Positions 1 to 10,283 of a DNA stretch of 64,000 bases are shown here, in pieces (positions within the stretch are counted from its first letter, which is position 1; each line of letters opens with the position of its first letter). The stretch is from Sphingomicrobium sp. (lineage in GTDB: Bacteria; Pseudomonadota; Alphaproteobacteria; Sphingomonadales; Sphingomonadaceae), in NCBI GenBank assembly GCA_045811385.1, contig JBJMUB010000090.1, positions 437 to 64,436 on the forward strand, given 5' to 3'. The notes under the pieces were generated by a model. The model made no database searches and was not told the DNA's origin. It saw only the letters and a list, made by a program, of their open reading frames with translations. The position numbers and the translations under genes were made by a program.

Positions 1-2
1 GC

Positions 3-362
3 CTACCGGCAATAGCTTGGAGCGGGCGAGGCCTGACCCACGCGCCGCCGCCAGACGCCGTCGGCGAGCATGAAGCTTCCGCCGATGGGCACCCGAGCCA
101 GGAGCTGGCAGCCGGCGGTGATCCCGACCTCCTGCGGGCTCACGCCCTTGCTGGCGGCGAGGTTGCTGTAGAGCGAGCGGCGACGGATGTTGATCGTCGC
201 CACCTGGCTGCGGACCTGCGCCGTGACGGCCGACGCGAGACCGACATAGCCGTCGTAACGTTCGCCCACCGCGCCCGCGGCGCGCGCCGCATCGACCGCC
301 GGAGTCTGCGCGGCTGCGGATGCCGCCAGCATCAAGGCGGCAAGTGAAACGAGCCGTTTCAT
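3..362 (-). CDS. ydbL: YdbL family (DUF1318) secreted protein
   Basis: Start moved to ATG 362 (MKRLVSLAAL signal peptide); AVGERYDGYVG and INIRRRSLY motifs; last gene of the ydbH-ynbE-ydbL operon. Confidence 0.8.
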   Translation of the reverse strand: MKRLVSLAALMLAASAAAQTPAVDAARAAGAVGERYDGYVGLASAVTAQVRSQVATINIRRRSLYSNLAASKGVSPQEVGITAGCQLLARVPIGGSFMLADGVWRRRVGQASPAPSYCR

Positions 363-589
363 CGCCGGGGCTGTTGCTGCGGAAAGGCTTGCGGGTTCTG
401 GTTGATCAGCTGCTCGACGTCGCGCTGCAGCCGCACCAGCACCTCCTGGCGGATGGTGACGTTGAGGTTGATTTCGATCGGCTTGTCGGGCGCCTTGACC
501 GAGATGCAACTGCTGAGCGGAGCGGCGAGCAAAGCCGCTCCGAGCAGTCCGGGTCTGGCGAGGGTGAGCTGTTTCATCTCGATTCTCAC
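359..589 (-). CDS. ynbE: YnbE family lipoprotein
   Basis: Lipobox LSSC followed by KAPDKPIEINLNVTI; operon context. Confidence 0.85.
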   Translation of the reverse strand: MRIEMKQLTLARPGLLGAALLAAPLSSCISVKAPDKPIEINLNVTIRQEVLVRLQRDVEQLINQNPQAFPQQQPRR

Positions 590-3500
590 TTCGTCGTAGG
601 TGGCGGGGCAGTGTTGACCTGATCGTTGACGGGCGTCTGGGTTTGCTGGTTATTTTCCTCGATCCGGCGGACCTCGGTAGTGATCCCGGGCACGTCCTCG
701 AGCGGTCGCGGAAGCACATCCTTGATGACCTGCCGCGGATCGTTGAACGACTTGGCGGTGGCGATCAGCGCGCGGAACGGGCCGGTGATGGTCAGATTCA
801 GCTTGAGCGGAATCTTGCTCAGCAGGCTGCGGATGATCTTCTGCGTGCCGGTCTGGCCGAGTCCGACACCTTCGATCGTCGCTCGCGTCGTGAACTCGCC
901 GGCGAGATCGCCGTCGAGGCGGATGATCATCGACTTGAAGCGCAGGTCGCGCAGCGCATTGAAAGCGATGTTGCCCATCGTGCCCAAGTCGGCCTTGTTG
1001 ACCACGCCATTGTAGGCGAGCGAGCCGCCGCCGGGGCGGCTGTCGAGCCGGCCGCCGACGATCCGGCCGCCTTCCTCGTCGAAGATCATTGGCAAAACCC
1101 CGTCGAAGGTCCCGCTCGCATCGAGCTCCTTGAAGCCGAGCGTCTCGACGAACGTGTGGGCGTCGAGCCCGACCACCTGGAAGGTCAGCCGTTTGGCGCT
1201 CGGCCGGCCGAAGTTGAGCACGGTCTCCTGGAGGATCAGCCGGCCGCCCATGAACGGCCACTCGCCGCGCTCGATCTTCACCAGCTGGCCGCGCAACAAC
1301 TGGTAGCGGATCACCCCATTCTCGACGAGGATGCCGGGGTTGATCGATTTGGCGGTGAGCACCTGCCCCGGCGGGGTGGTGAGGGCGAGCAGATCGTTGA
1401 AGTGAATGGTCCCGGCAATCCCCTCGACGGGACCGAACGGCGCCGCGAGGTCGAGATCCGCGGTCGTGAAATCGCCGCTCGAAGTAACCTTGCCGCTCGA
1501 ATCCCAGTCGATCCGTCCACGCCCGCTGATCGTCCCGTTGACCAGGGCGATGACGCCCTCGGTCAGCCGTGTGATCTCGTCCGGCTGGAGGCTGTCGTTG
1601 AAGGTCAGTGCCGGCACGTCGAGGATCGCATGCCCCGTCCCGGTCGACAGCTTGTGCTCGATCGACACGTCGGTGACGCGGATGCCTTCGTGGCGCAGGC
1701 TCCCGCTCGCACGGACGTAATCGCCGGCGAAGGTCAGGTGCAGGTCGTTGCTCTTGAGCGGATAGAAGCGCGGATTGGCGTCGCGGTCGGAGACGGTCGA
1801 TGCGCCGTCGAGCGTCAAGTCGCCATGATAGACCCGCCACTTGCCCCTTGCATCGCTGACCAGCAGCGGCACGTTGCCGATCGTCGATCGACCGCCCGAG
1901 AAGGCGCCGCTGACGCCCGAGCCGACGAATGACCCGGTCAATCGATTGGCGTCGAATACGATCGGCGAACCGGGCTTGCCGATCCGCACCGCCAGCCGGT
2001 TCAGGCCGAACTGCTTGCCGACGATCTGCCCGCCGGCGGCCGCGACGTGGAGCGGAGACCGGCCGAGGCTGCCGTTCAGCACCGGGCCGCTGAAGCGCGC
2101 GCTGGCAACGACCGCGCCGCCGGGGCGCTTGGAAACGATCGCCGGCCCGATCGGGCAGATCGGCAACCGGGTCTGGCCCAGCTTCAGCGCCCCCGTCTGA
2201 AGTGAAGTGAAGCTGACGACCGCGCACGATGTCCCCAAGGCGAAGCTGCCGCCGCGGCCGATCCGACCGTCGATCGGGATCCTCAGCGCGCGGACTCGGC
2301 CGTCGGGGAACGGACCGTCTAGCTGAGCGAGCGTGTGAAGCTCGGTCGATCCGTCGCGGGCCGCGGCGAAGCGGATCGGGGCGAGCGCGAGCCGCGAGCC
2401 ACGAGCCGTATAGGGTGCGATCTCGGCGATTCCGCTCATCGGTCCGCCCGGTCGCGCCTGGTGCAGCGTGACCCGCCCGCTCGGCAGGCCGCCGCCGCCC
2501 ATCTGGATGTTGCTGTCGATGCGCAGTCCGTTGGCCGGCCAGTAATAAGTGACTCCGCTGCCCCCGGCGATCCGCGCCCGGGCGCCGGCGGGTCCGACGA
2601 TGTCGGCGTTGTCGATCCGGACCGCGCCTCGTCCGGGGAAGTTGACGACCCGGATGTGGCCGGCGGCGTTGAAACTGTGCGCAGTTCGGTTGATTGCGCT
2701 GCCGATCGCGCCGGCGATCGGACCGATCGGTGTCTTGGCCGCCGCGGCGAGCGGCTGGGTGACTCCCGCCAGCATCGACGGGTCGAGACTTGCGCTGTCG
2801 GCAGCGAAATTGCCGGCGAGGGTCAAGGTCCCGGCGCGGATCCCGAGCCGATACGCGGCGTCGAGCCGGGTCCGGTCCGCGTAGATCGTGGCCATGCGCG
2901 ACCTTTGCGCGGCCAGCTTCACGCCGCCGCGCACGTCGCTGAGCGGCCCTTTGTAGGTGAGCTGGCCGGTGAAGGCGGCAAGTCCGTTGGCTCCGGCGGT
3001 CAGCGTCTGGATCGCCATCCGTCCGCTGCCGTCGACGTTCGTGAAAGATTCGTTGAAACTGGCTTTCGCGTCGAACCGCGGCGCGGAGATGTCGATCCTG
3101 CTGACGGGGCAAGTGAAACGGTCGAGAACCACCGGACCGTCGATCCCCGGGCGCCGGGCGACCACCGCGACGGCCACATTGGCGTGGAGGTTGAGCGCCG
3201 CGCACCGTCCCGGGATCAACCGCGGACTGAACAGGGCCGCATGGCCGCGGAAGCCGCCGCTGAGCCTGCCGTTGCCCTCGAGCGCCACACCGAGCGGGCC
3301 GAACGGTGTCGCGAGCGAAATGCTGCTGTCGGCGATGTCGAGCGCGAAGTCGGGCAACTCGAACGGCTTGCCCGACGGCGGCGGGAGCAATTTGTCGATC
3401 TGGCCCCAGCTCACCTTGCCGTTGACCAGCCGCCCGCGCAGCCGGACTCCGCGGGCGACGACGCGATAGACCTCGAAGCTGCCGTCGAGCTTGAGGCGCA

Positions 3501-3822
3501 TCTGGATAATCGCGTGGCGAGCGACGAGGTCGGGCCGCTTCGGATCGCCGATCACGAGGTCGCTGACTTGCTGAGTGCGGAGGCCGACTCGGTCGAGATG
3601 ATAGCTAGCCGTGACTCCGCGCCGCTGGAACTCGCCTTTCAGATAATGGGTGGCGATCGGCCGGCGCTCGATCCACAGGATTCCGACCGCGAGAATCAGC
3701 ACCGCAATGCCGATCGCTGCGACGAGCCGGGCAATGCGTGGCCACCGGCTGCGGCGCACGATTACATGCTCACCGGCCGCTACATCGAGCCCCTCGTCTC
3801 TCCGCCGCTGGTCCATTGGCAC
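586..3822 (-). CDS. ydbH: YdbH family (AsmA-like) intermembrane lipid-transport protein
   Basis: 1078 aa, N-terminal TM, beta-strand rich, C-terminal WPFMGG and FDGVLP motifs; followed by ynbE/ydbL. Confidence 0.8.
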   Translation of the reverse strand: MPMDQRRRDEGLDVAAGEHVIVRRSRWPRIARLVAAIGIAVLILAVGILWIERRPIATHYLKGEFQRRGVTASYHLDRVGLRTQQVSDLVIGDPKRPDLVARHAIIQMRLKLDGSFEVYRVVARGVRLRGRLVNGKVSWGQIDKLLPPPSGKPFELPDFALDIADSSISLATPFGPLGVALEGNGRLSGGFRGHAALFSPRLIPGRCAALNLHANVAVAVVARRPGIDGPVVLDRFTCPVSRIDISAPRFDAKASFNESFTNVDGSGRMAIQTLTAGANGLAAFTGQLTYKGPLSDVRGGVKLAAQRSRMATIYADRTRLDAAYRLGIRAGTLTLAGNFAADSASLDPSMLAGVTQPLAAAAKTPIGPIAGAIGSAINRTAHSFNAAGHIRVVNFPGRGAVRIDNADIVGPAGARARIAGGSGVTYYWPANGLRIDSNIQMGGGGLPSGRVTLHQARPGGPMSGIAEIAPYTARGSRLALAPIRFAAARDGSTELHTLAQLDGPFPDGRVRALRIPIDGRIGRGGSFALGTSCAVVSFTSLQTGALKLGQTRLPICPIGPAIVSKRPGGAVVASARFSGPVLNGSLGRSPLHVAAAGGQIVGKQFGLNRLAVRIGKPGSPIVFDANRLTGSFVGSGVSGAFSGGRSTIGNVPLLVSDARGKWRVYHGDLTLDGASTVSDRDANPRFYPLKSNDLHLTFAGDYVRASGSLRHEGIRVTDVSIEHKLSTGTGHAILDVPALTFNDSLQPDEITRLTEGVIALVNGTISGRGRIDWDSSGKVTSSGDFTTADLDLAAPFGPVEGIAGTIHFNDLLALTTPPGQVLTAKSINPGILVENGVIRYQLLRGQLVKIERGEWPFMGGRLILQETVLNFGRPSAKRLTFQVVGLDAHTFVETLGFKELDASGTFDGVLPMIFDEEGGRIVGGRLDSRPGGGSLAYNGVVNKADLGTMGNIAFNALRDLRFKSMIIRLDGDLAGEFTTRATIEGVGLGQTGTQKIIRSLLSKIPLKLNLTITGPFRALIATAKSFNDPRQVIKDVLPRPLEDVPGITTEVRRIEENNQQTQTPVNDQVNTAPPPTTK

Positions 3823-3897
3823 TTACTAACCCATGCGGCGCAGCACCGTTCCAGACGCGGCATGACCGCTTCCATGGCGCTTGCTTCTGTGATTTAG

Positions 3898-4629
3898 ATG
3901 CCCCTGCTCGGATCACGCGCGAAGGGGCGTCGTTTGGACGGGCATTCGGACAAGATGGAGAAGATTGGCACGAGCGGCCATCGCCTGCGCCTGCGCAAGC
4001 GCCTGCTGGACGCCGGGCCCAAGGGTTTCCACGACTACGAGCTCGTCGAATATCTGCTCGCCTTGACCATTCCTCGAATCGACACCAAGCCGCTCGCGAA
4101 GAAGCTGATCCACGATTTCGGGGGAATCGGGCCGTTGCTGACGGCGAGCGCCGACGCGCTGCGCCGCGAAGGACTGACCGAAGCGACCATCGGCGCGCTC
4201 AAGATCGCGGAGGCGACCGCCCTGCGGATGCTCGAGGCCCAGGTCGAAGGCCGGCCGATCCTGTCGAGCTGGGACGCGCTCGGCGATTATCTGCACGCGG
4301 CCATGGCCCATTCGCGGATCGAGGAGGTGCGGATCCTGTTCCTCAATGCCAAGAACCTGCTGATCGCCAACGAGGCGCTGTGGCAGGGCAGCGTGGACGA
4401 GGCCTCCGTCCATGTCCGCGAAGTGATCGCGCGCGCCATCGCGCTCGGCGCAACGGCGTTGATCATCGTCCACAACCATCCGAGCGGCGATCCCAGCCCG
4501 AGCCAGCAGGATATCCGCCTGACCCGCGACCTGGTCGAGGCCGGGCGGCACATGAAGGTCGTCGTCCACGACCATGTCATCGTCGGCGCCAACGGCCGCA
4601 CCAGCCTGCGCGCGATGGGGCTGATCTGA
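3898..4629 (+). CDS. radC: RadC family JAB-domain protein (start may be 3955)
   Basis: GHRLRLR, YELVEYLL, and the JAB motif HNHPSGDPSPSQQD...HDH. Confidence 0.92.
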   Translation: MPLLGSRAKGRRLDGHSDKMEKIGTSGHRLRLRKRLLDAGPKGFHDYELVEYLLALTIPRIDTKPLAKKLIHDFGGIGPLLTASADALRREGLTEATIGALKIAEATALRMLEAQVEGRPILSSWDALGDYLHAAMAHSRIEEVRILFLNAKNLLIANEALWQGSVDEASVHVREVIARAIALGATALIIVHNHPSGDPSPSQQDIRLTRDLVEAGRHMKVVVHDHVIVGANGRTSLRAMGLI

Positions 4630-4632
4630 AAG

Positions 4633-5628
4633 CTAGCGATTTATCGCGGTGATCCGCACCGGCCCAAGCCGGGAACAATCGTCGTTCCGGCAGACGTGGT
4701 CGAACCACACCTCGCCGTCGCCGATCATTGCCCCCAGGTCGCGCGCGAATATCCGATCGGCCCGTTGGGCGAGGATCGCCTGGCGGACTCGCGGCGTGAA
4801 GATCTCGTCGTAATCGCGGCGCACGGACCTGGCGTCACGATAGATTTGCGATCGACCGCCCGAATTCACTCGGAGCGGGAAGCCGATCAGCTTGACGACG
4901 TGGCCCCGATCGTCGGCGCGAACCGCCGCCTGCAACCGCCCTAGGAACGTCGCATACGCAGCAGCCGTCCTGTCGCTCTCGGCCGAACTGCGTCCAACGA
5001 CTGTCACCGGCGATGGCGATGTAAGCGTGTGCTGGCGAACGCGGCTGCCAGTGACGACGACGTCGCCAGCGCCGGCCTCGGCGCTTTTCTGAGCCAAGGC
5101 AGGGGCCGGCGGTGGTGGTGGCGGAGGCGGAGGCGGCGGCGGCGCAGCGGCATAGACCTCATCCCGCTCCGGTGCCGGCGAGGGCGCAGGTGCTTCATTC
5201 ACCGTTGGCGCGATCGATGGGGCGACAGCGACTTCCGGCGGGGCCGCGACCGGCGCTTCAATCGTCGCCTCCGGCTTCGCATTCTGCTCGGCGGCGTGCC
5301 CGGGCTGCTCCGTTCCAGCCGCGGTGCCCGCCGGACCCTGAACCGCCCGGCCGGACGGCGGCGCGCTGGGCGGCGGCGTGACAACGGCGCTTGGCCTCTG
5401 ATCTCGAATACCAATCAGGGCGACAGGGATGCCGACCACCAGGGCGAGCGAAGCGGCAATGGCAAACTGGAATTCGGGACGCCGCGTCCACGGCGGCGCC
5501 CGCGAACGTTCCGGAGCGCCCGCGCCGATGCCATCGAAGCGCCACAGCGCCGCGCCGACCGCGGCATCGCGAGCCGCGGAGCGCGGCGGCGGCGGCTCGG
5601 GCAGCGATACGGATTCGGGGTCTGGCAT
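4633..5628 (-). CDS. Single-TM Pro-rich membrane protein, possibly anti-sigma-like, with a TonB-box-like motif
   Basis: Start moved to ATG 5628; N-terminal PPPPRSAARDAAVGAALWRFD, one TM, Pro/Ala linker, DVVVTGSR...TSPSPVTVV, C-terminal GAMIGDGEVWF domain. Confidence 0.6.
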   Translation of the reverse strand: MPDPESVSLPEPPPPRSAARDAAVGAALWRFDGIGAGAPERSRAPPWTRRPEFQFAIAASLALVVGIPVALIGIRDQRPSAVVTPPPSAPPSGRAVQGPAGTAAGTEQPGHAAEQNAKPEATIEAPVAAPPEVAVAPSIAPTVNEAPAPSPAPERDEVYAAAPPPPPPPPPPPPAPALAQKSAEAGAGDVVVTGSRVRQHTLTSPSPVTVVGRSSAESDRTAAAYATFLGRLQAAVRADDRGHVVKLIGFPLRVNSGGRSQIYRDARSVRRDYDEIFTPRVRQAILAQRADRIFARDLGAMIGDGEVWFDHVCRNDDCSRLGPVRITAINR

Positions 5629-5722
5629 CTTGCGGAACTCATAGCGGCAATCGCGCGCCGGTCGAACCTGCGAGTAAAGGGGGCCGCCGCCGAGCGGGAT
5701 GAGCGGCGGCGGCCCGCGCTCC

Positions 5723-7453
5723 CTAGCGCTCGAGTTGCGCCAGTGTCTGCGCGCTCTTTGCAGCACGCACCAGCTGAACGAACTCGTTGCGGTAGCCGAA
5801 CTCGTCCCTGCCGCGGGCGGCGAGCGCGATCCGCAGCACGTCGTCGTAGGTGAACGTGCCGCTGTGCTTGCCGCCGCGGAGCAACTCGGCGAAGGCCGCG
5901 ACTCCGATCGCGAAGCGGGCGTCCTGCGGCGCATCCTCGAACCGGCGCACCTCGTAACGGCCGTCGATCGGCGTGCTGATCAGTCGGCTGGTGTCCGACT
6001 TGGGCAATTTGTAGCGGATCTTGACGAAGCCGAGCTCGCCGCTCCGGACGGCCTGTGCGGCGGGCTTGCCGTAACGCAGGTCGTCGATCGCGCGCGGGCC
6101 GCCCGACGGAACCACCTCGTAGAGCGCAGTGACCGACTGGCCCGAGCCGACATCGCCGGCGTCGACCTTGTCGTTGTTGAAGTCGTCGCGGTTGAGCAGC
6201 CGCGTTTCGTAGCCGATCAGCCGGTATTCGGCGACCGCCGCGGGGTTGAACTCGACCTGGATCTTCACGTCCTTGGCGATCGGGAACAAGGTGGAGGAGG
6301 ATTCCTCGACCAGCGTCTTCCGCGCTTCGTTGACCGTATCGATGTAGGCGGCGGTGCCGTTGCCGTTCTGGGCCAGGGTCTGCATGAGGGCGTCGTTGTA
6401 ATTGCCCATTCCGAAGCCGAGCACCGACAGGAACACGCCCTTGCCGCGCTCGCGCTCGATATAGCCCTTGAGCTCCTCCTGGTTGGTGATCCCGACGTTG
6501 AAATCGCCGTCGGTCGCCAGAATCACACGGTTCACGCCCGCTGGGTCGAGATTGGCTTCGGCCAGCGCATAGGCCTGGCGGATGCCCTCGGCTCCGGCGG
6601 TGCTTCCGCCGGCGCCGAGGCTGTCGATGACTCCGCGGATCTTGGCCTTCTGACCCGCCGGCGTCGGCTCGAGCGCGGTCCCCGCGTAGCCGGCGTAGGT
6701 GACGATCGCGACCGTGTCCCGCGGGTCGAGCTCGTCGAGCAGCATGTCGAGCGATTGCTTGACCAGCGGCAGCTTGTTCGGCTCCTGCATCGAGCCCGAC
6801 GTATCGATCAGGAAGACGAGGTTGGCGCGGGGCCGGGTCGTGCGATGGACCGAATAGCCCTTGATGCCGATGCGCACGAGCTTGCGCCCCGGCGACCACG
6901 GGCTCGGCATGACCGCGACGTTGGTGCTGAACGGCGCCGCGGTCCGCGCCGGCGGGGCATAGTCGTAGGGGAAATAATTGATCAGCTCTTCGGTCCGGAC
7001 CGATGCCGGCTGGGGCATGACGTTTTGGTTCAGCGACGCGCGGACCCAGGAGTAAGACGCGGTGTCGACATCGATCGAGAAGGTCGAGACCGGCTCTTCG
7101 CGCGCGATCCTGAACGGATTCTCGGGCGCCGCAGTAAATTTGTCGCGGCCGACATCATGATAGGGCGGAGCCCATTGCGGAGCGTACATGCCCGGCGCCG
7201 GAGGCGGAGGCGGCGGCGCCATCGCCGACATTCGGTCCGCCTCGTTGGCGGCGCGTCCCATCACGGTCACCGGCGAAGGGCTGGTCAGAGTCGGCATGGG
7301 AATTCTCGTCCCCGTGATCACGACTTCGGAGTCGGCCTTTTGGGCGGCTGGAGTGGACGGCGACTGAACCGCTTCGTCGATTGCGGGCTTGGCACAGGAA
7401 ACCAGGCAAATCGCGGCGAAGATCGGACCGACCGACCGGCAGAAAATGCACAT
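5723..7453 (-). CDS. YfbK-like VWA-domain lipoprotein (vWF_A + VWA + DUF3520)
   Basis: Start 7453 with RBS GGGAGGG; lipobox LVSC; PVSTFSIDVDTASYS; MIDAS DTSGS; LATDGDFNVG; YRLIGYETR. Confidence 0.9.
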   Translation of the reverse strand: MCIFCRSVGPIFAAICLVSCAKPAIDEAVQSPSTPAAQKADSEVVITGTRIPMPTLTSPSPVTVMGRAANEADRMSAMAPPPPPPAPGMYAPQWAPPYHDVGRDKFTAAPENPFRIAREEPVSTFSIDVDTASYSWVRASLNQNVMPQPASVRTEELINYFPYDYAPPARTAAPFSTNVAVMPSPWSPGRKLVRIGIKGYSVHRTTRPRANLVFLIDTSGSMQEPNKLPLVKQSLDMLLDELDPRDTVAIVTYAGYAGTALEPTPAGQKAKIRGVIDSLGAGGSTAGAEGIRQAYALAEANLDPAGVNRVILATDGDFNVGITNQEELKGYIERERGKGVFLSVLGFGMGNYNDALMQTLAQNGNGTAAYIDTVNEARKTLVEESSSTLFPIAKDVKIQVEFNPAAVAEYRLIGYETRLLNRDDFNNDKVDAGDVGSGQSVTALYEVVPSGGPRAIDDLRYGKPAAQAVRSGELGFVKIRYKLPKSDTSRLISTPIDGRYEVRRFEDAPQDARFAIGVAAFAELLRGGKHSGTFTYDDVLRIALAARGRDEFGYRNEFVQLVRAAKSAQTLAQLER

Positions 7454-7534
7454 TGGACCCTCCCTTTGAACCGCGGGCACGATCGCCCGCATGTCCCTGG
7501 GACGCGGCTCCGCGGAAAATCCTTGGAAAAAATC

Positions 7535-8059
7535 TCAGCGGTCGGACAGCATCCGGCGGATTTCGCTCATCCGCCAGGAGACGGTCGCTTCGGCCACGCC
7601 GAGGATTTCGGCCGCTTCGGCATGACTCAGTTGCTGGCCGGCGACGAGGACGGCGGTTTCGCGATAGGTCGGCTTGAGCCGAGCGATCGCGCCCTTCAGC
7701 CAGATCGCGTCATAGGGGTCGCTCGTCGGCGAAGTGATTCCGGCGAGGACGGTCAGGCGCTCGGTGAGCCCGCGAAACGAGCGCCGCCGGCGATAATGGT
7801 CGCGGCACGCGTTGACCGTGATCCCGCACAGCCAGGTGCTGAATTTCGCGTCGCCGCGAAAGCCGGCGAGCTTTTCGACCAAGGCGCAGCAGACGTCCTG
7901 GGCGACATCCTCGGCGTCTGCGCGCGACCCCGTCAGCTGCCAGGCCAGGCCGTGGATGCGGTCGTAATGACTGCGCAGCAACGTCTCGAACGCCGCCCGA
8001 TCACCGGCCGTCGCCGCCGCGACCAGCCTTGCATCGGGATCGGCGCCGGATTCCCCCAT
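7535..8059 (-). CDS. ECF sigma-70 factor
   Basis: [24 protein letters not shown], region 4 [18 protein letters not shown]; start 8059 or 8071. Confidence 0.9.
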   Translation of the reverse strand: MGESGADPDARLVAAATAGDRAAFETLLRSHYDRIHGLAWQLTGSRADAEDVAQDVCCALVEKLAGFRGDAKFSTWLCGITVNACRDHYRRRRSFRGLTERLTVLAGITSPTSDPYDAIWLKGAIARLKPTYRETAVLVAGQQLSHAEAAEILGVAEATVSWRMSEIRRMLSDR

Positions 8060-8127
8060 CGCCGATTTCATTACCCGCGCCGGTGGCGATTTGAAGCCCG
8101 GCGACGGCTCTGCTAGCCGCCTCGGCC

Positions 8128-9444
8128 ATGGTTCCCCGCTATTCCCGTCCCCAAATGACCGCCATCTGGTCGGCCGAGAACCGTTACCGCATCTGGTGGC
8201 GGATCGAGGTGTTTGCCGCAGAAGCGATGGGCGAGATCGGGATGATCCCGGCCGAGGACGCCGCAACGATTCGCGCCGCCTACGATTCCGATGCGCTCGG
8301 CGAAATCGACATCGACGCGATCGATGCGATCGAAGCGGTGACCAGGCATGACGTCATCGCCTTCCTCACCTGGGCCGGCGAGAAGCTCGGGCCCGAGCGG
8401 CGCTGGCTCCATCAGGGGATGACGAGCTCGGACGTGCTCGACACTGCGCTTGCGGTGCAGCTCAAGCAGTCGGCCGAGCTGCTGCTGTGCGACCTCGACG
8501 CGCTGCTCGACGTGCTTCGGCGCCGGGCGCTCGAGCATAAGCTGACTCCGACTATCGGCCGAAGCCACGGAATCCATGCCGAGCCGACCACCTTCGGGCT
8601 CAAGCTCGCCCAGGCCTATGCCGAATTCTCGCGCAATCGCGAGCGGCTGGCGGCGGCGCGCGACGAGGTCGCGACCTGCGCGATTTCCGGCGCGGTCGGC
8701 ACGTTCGCCAACGTTCCGCCGGAAGTTGAACAGCATGTCGCGGCCGAGCTCGGCCTGAGGGTCGAGCCGGTGTCGACCCAGGTCATCCCGCGCGATCGCC
8801 ACGCGATGTTCTTCGCGACGCTCGGGGTCATTGCGTCGTCGATCGAGCGGCTGGCGACCGAAATCCGCCATCTCCAGCGGACCGAAGTGCTCGAAGCCGA
8901 AGAGTATTTCTCGCCGGGCCAGAAGGGCAGCTCGGCGATGCCGCACAAGCGCAACCCGGTGCTCAGCGAGAACCTGACCGGACTCGCGCGTATGGTTCGC
9001 GGGTACGTGACGCCCGCGCTTGAGAATGTCGCGCTGTGGCACGAGCGCGATATTTCGCATTCCTCGGTCGAGCGGTTCATCGGGCCGGATGCGACAATCA
9101 CGCTCGACTTCGCGCTTGGCCGCCTCACCGGCCTGATCGACAAGCTGGTCGTCTATCCCGAGCGGATGCGGAAGAATCTCGACCGAATGGGCGGGCTCGT
9201 CCACTCGCAGCGGGTGATGCTCGCGCTAACCCAGGCCGGCCTCGGTCGTGAGGAGGCTTATGCGCTGGTTCAACGCAACGCGATGAAGGTGTGGGAATCC
9301 GACGGCGAATTGTCGCTGCTCGACCTGCTCAAAGCCGACGCGGACGTGGCGGAGCGGCTGTCGAGCCAGCAGCTCGATGCGCTGTTCGACCTCGACTATC
9401 ATCTGAAGCACGTCGACACGATCTTCGCGCGCGTGTTCGGCTGA
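8128..9444 (+). CDS. purB: Adenylosuccinate lyase
   Basis: [19 protein letters not shown] and the signature [11 protein letters not shown]. Confidence 0.97.
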   Translation: MVPRYSRPQMTAIWSAENRYRIWWRIEVFAAEAMGEIGMIPAEDAATIRAAYDSDALGEIDIDAIDAIEAVTRHDVIAFLTWAGEKLGPERRWLHQGMTSSDVLDTALAVQLKQSAELLLCDLDALLDVLRRRALEHKLTPTIGRSHGIHAEPTTFGLKLAQAYAEFSRNRERLAAARDEVATCAISGAVGTFANVPPEVEQHVAAELGLRVEPVSTQVIPRDRHAMFFATLGVIASSIERLATEIRHLQRTEVLEAEEYFSPGQKGSSAMPHKRNPVLSENLTGLARMVRGYVTPALENVALWHERDISHSSVERFIGPDATITLDFALGRLTGLIDKLVVYPERMRKNLDRMGGLVHSQRVMLALTQAGLGREEAYALVQRNAMKVWESDGELSLLDLLKADADVAERLSSQQLDALFDLDYHLKHVDTIFARVFG

Positions 9445-9458
9445 CGTAAGGACCGGAT

Positions 9459-10283
9459 GTGGACGGGGGGATTCAATCCTGCGGTTATCTGCTCGAGCTG
9501 TCGCCGGACTGGATCGTCGAGCGGGCGTCCGAGAACGCGCACCATCTGGTCGGCGAATCCCACGTCACGCTGATCGATGAGGCCCTCGGCCGGTTCGTCC
9601 ATGCGCAGGCGCTGCATGACCTTCGCAACCTGTTCTCGCGGCTGAGCGCGACCACGGGGATCGCGCGGGCCTTTCGGGTTCGGCTGACCGACGATCCCGA
9701 CCTCTACGACATCGCCTTCCAGCAGCAGGGCGACCGCGTGGTCGTCGAAGCCGTGCCGAGCCCGGCCGAGGGCCTCGGCGAGGCGCTGAGCGCGGTCGGG
9801 GGATTGGCCGCGGGATTGGCGAGCGATCGCGGATCGAAGCTGCTTGACGCCGCCGCGCGGCGGATGCGCGCGGTGACGGCGTTCGACCGGGTGACGCTGC
9901 TGGTCGGGGATTCCAAGGCGACCAGCAGCCGCACCGGAGTTCCGTTCACTGCCGGCGCCAACGCTTCGCTGAGCGACGACATGCCGTTGCTGGTGTCGGA
10001 CGCCAAAGCCGCCGCGATTCCCGTTTTCCCGCGCGACGACGAGGATTCCGCGGTCGGAGTCGCGCTTCTGCGCGCTCCTACGCCTGAGCAGTCCGCCGAG
10101 CTTGCCGAGCGCGGTTTCGCGTCGACCATGCGGGTTCCGGTTCTCGTCCTCGGTGAGAAGATCGGCGAATTCAGAATGGCCCACACCAAGCCGCGAAAGC
10201 CGAGCTTCGAGGGGCATGCGGCCGCCGAGCTGTTCGCGCAGCTGTTCGCGATGCGGCTCGAGATCGATCGGCTGAAGGGCTAA
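9459..10283 (+). CDS. Degenerate bacteriophytochrome-like PAS-GAF protein
   Basis: GGIQSCGYLLELSPDWIVERASEN and AAAELFAQLF resemble phytochrome PAS_2/GAF segments; no PHY or kinase module. Confidence 0.7.
   Translation: MDGGIQSCGYLLELSPDWIVERASENAHHLVGESHVTLIDEALGRFVHAQALHDLRNLFSRLSATTGIARAFRVRLTDDPDLYDIAFQQQGDRVVVEAVPSPAEGLGEALSAVGGLAAGLASDRGSKLLDAAARRMRAVTAFDRVTLLVGDSKATSSRTGVPFTAGANASLSDDMPLLVSDAKAAAIPVFPRDDEDSAVGVALLRAPTPEQSAELAERGFASTMRVPVLVLGEKIGEFRMAHTKPRKPSFEGHAAAELFAQLFAMRLEIDRLKG

Noticed and set aside
3898-4629. radC as a marker of a mobile or anti-defence island
   Set aside because: Full-length chromosomal form in a housekeeping context with no mobility genes
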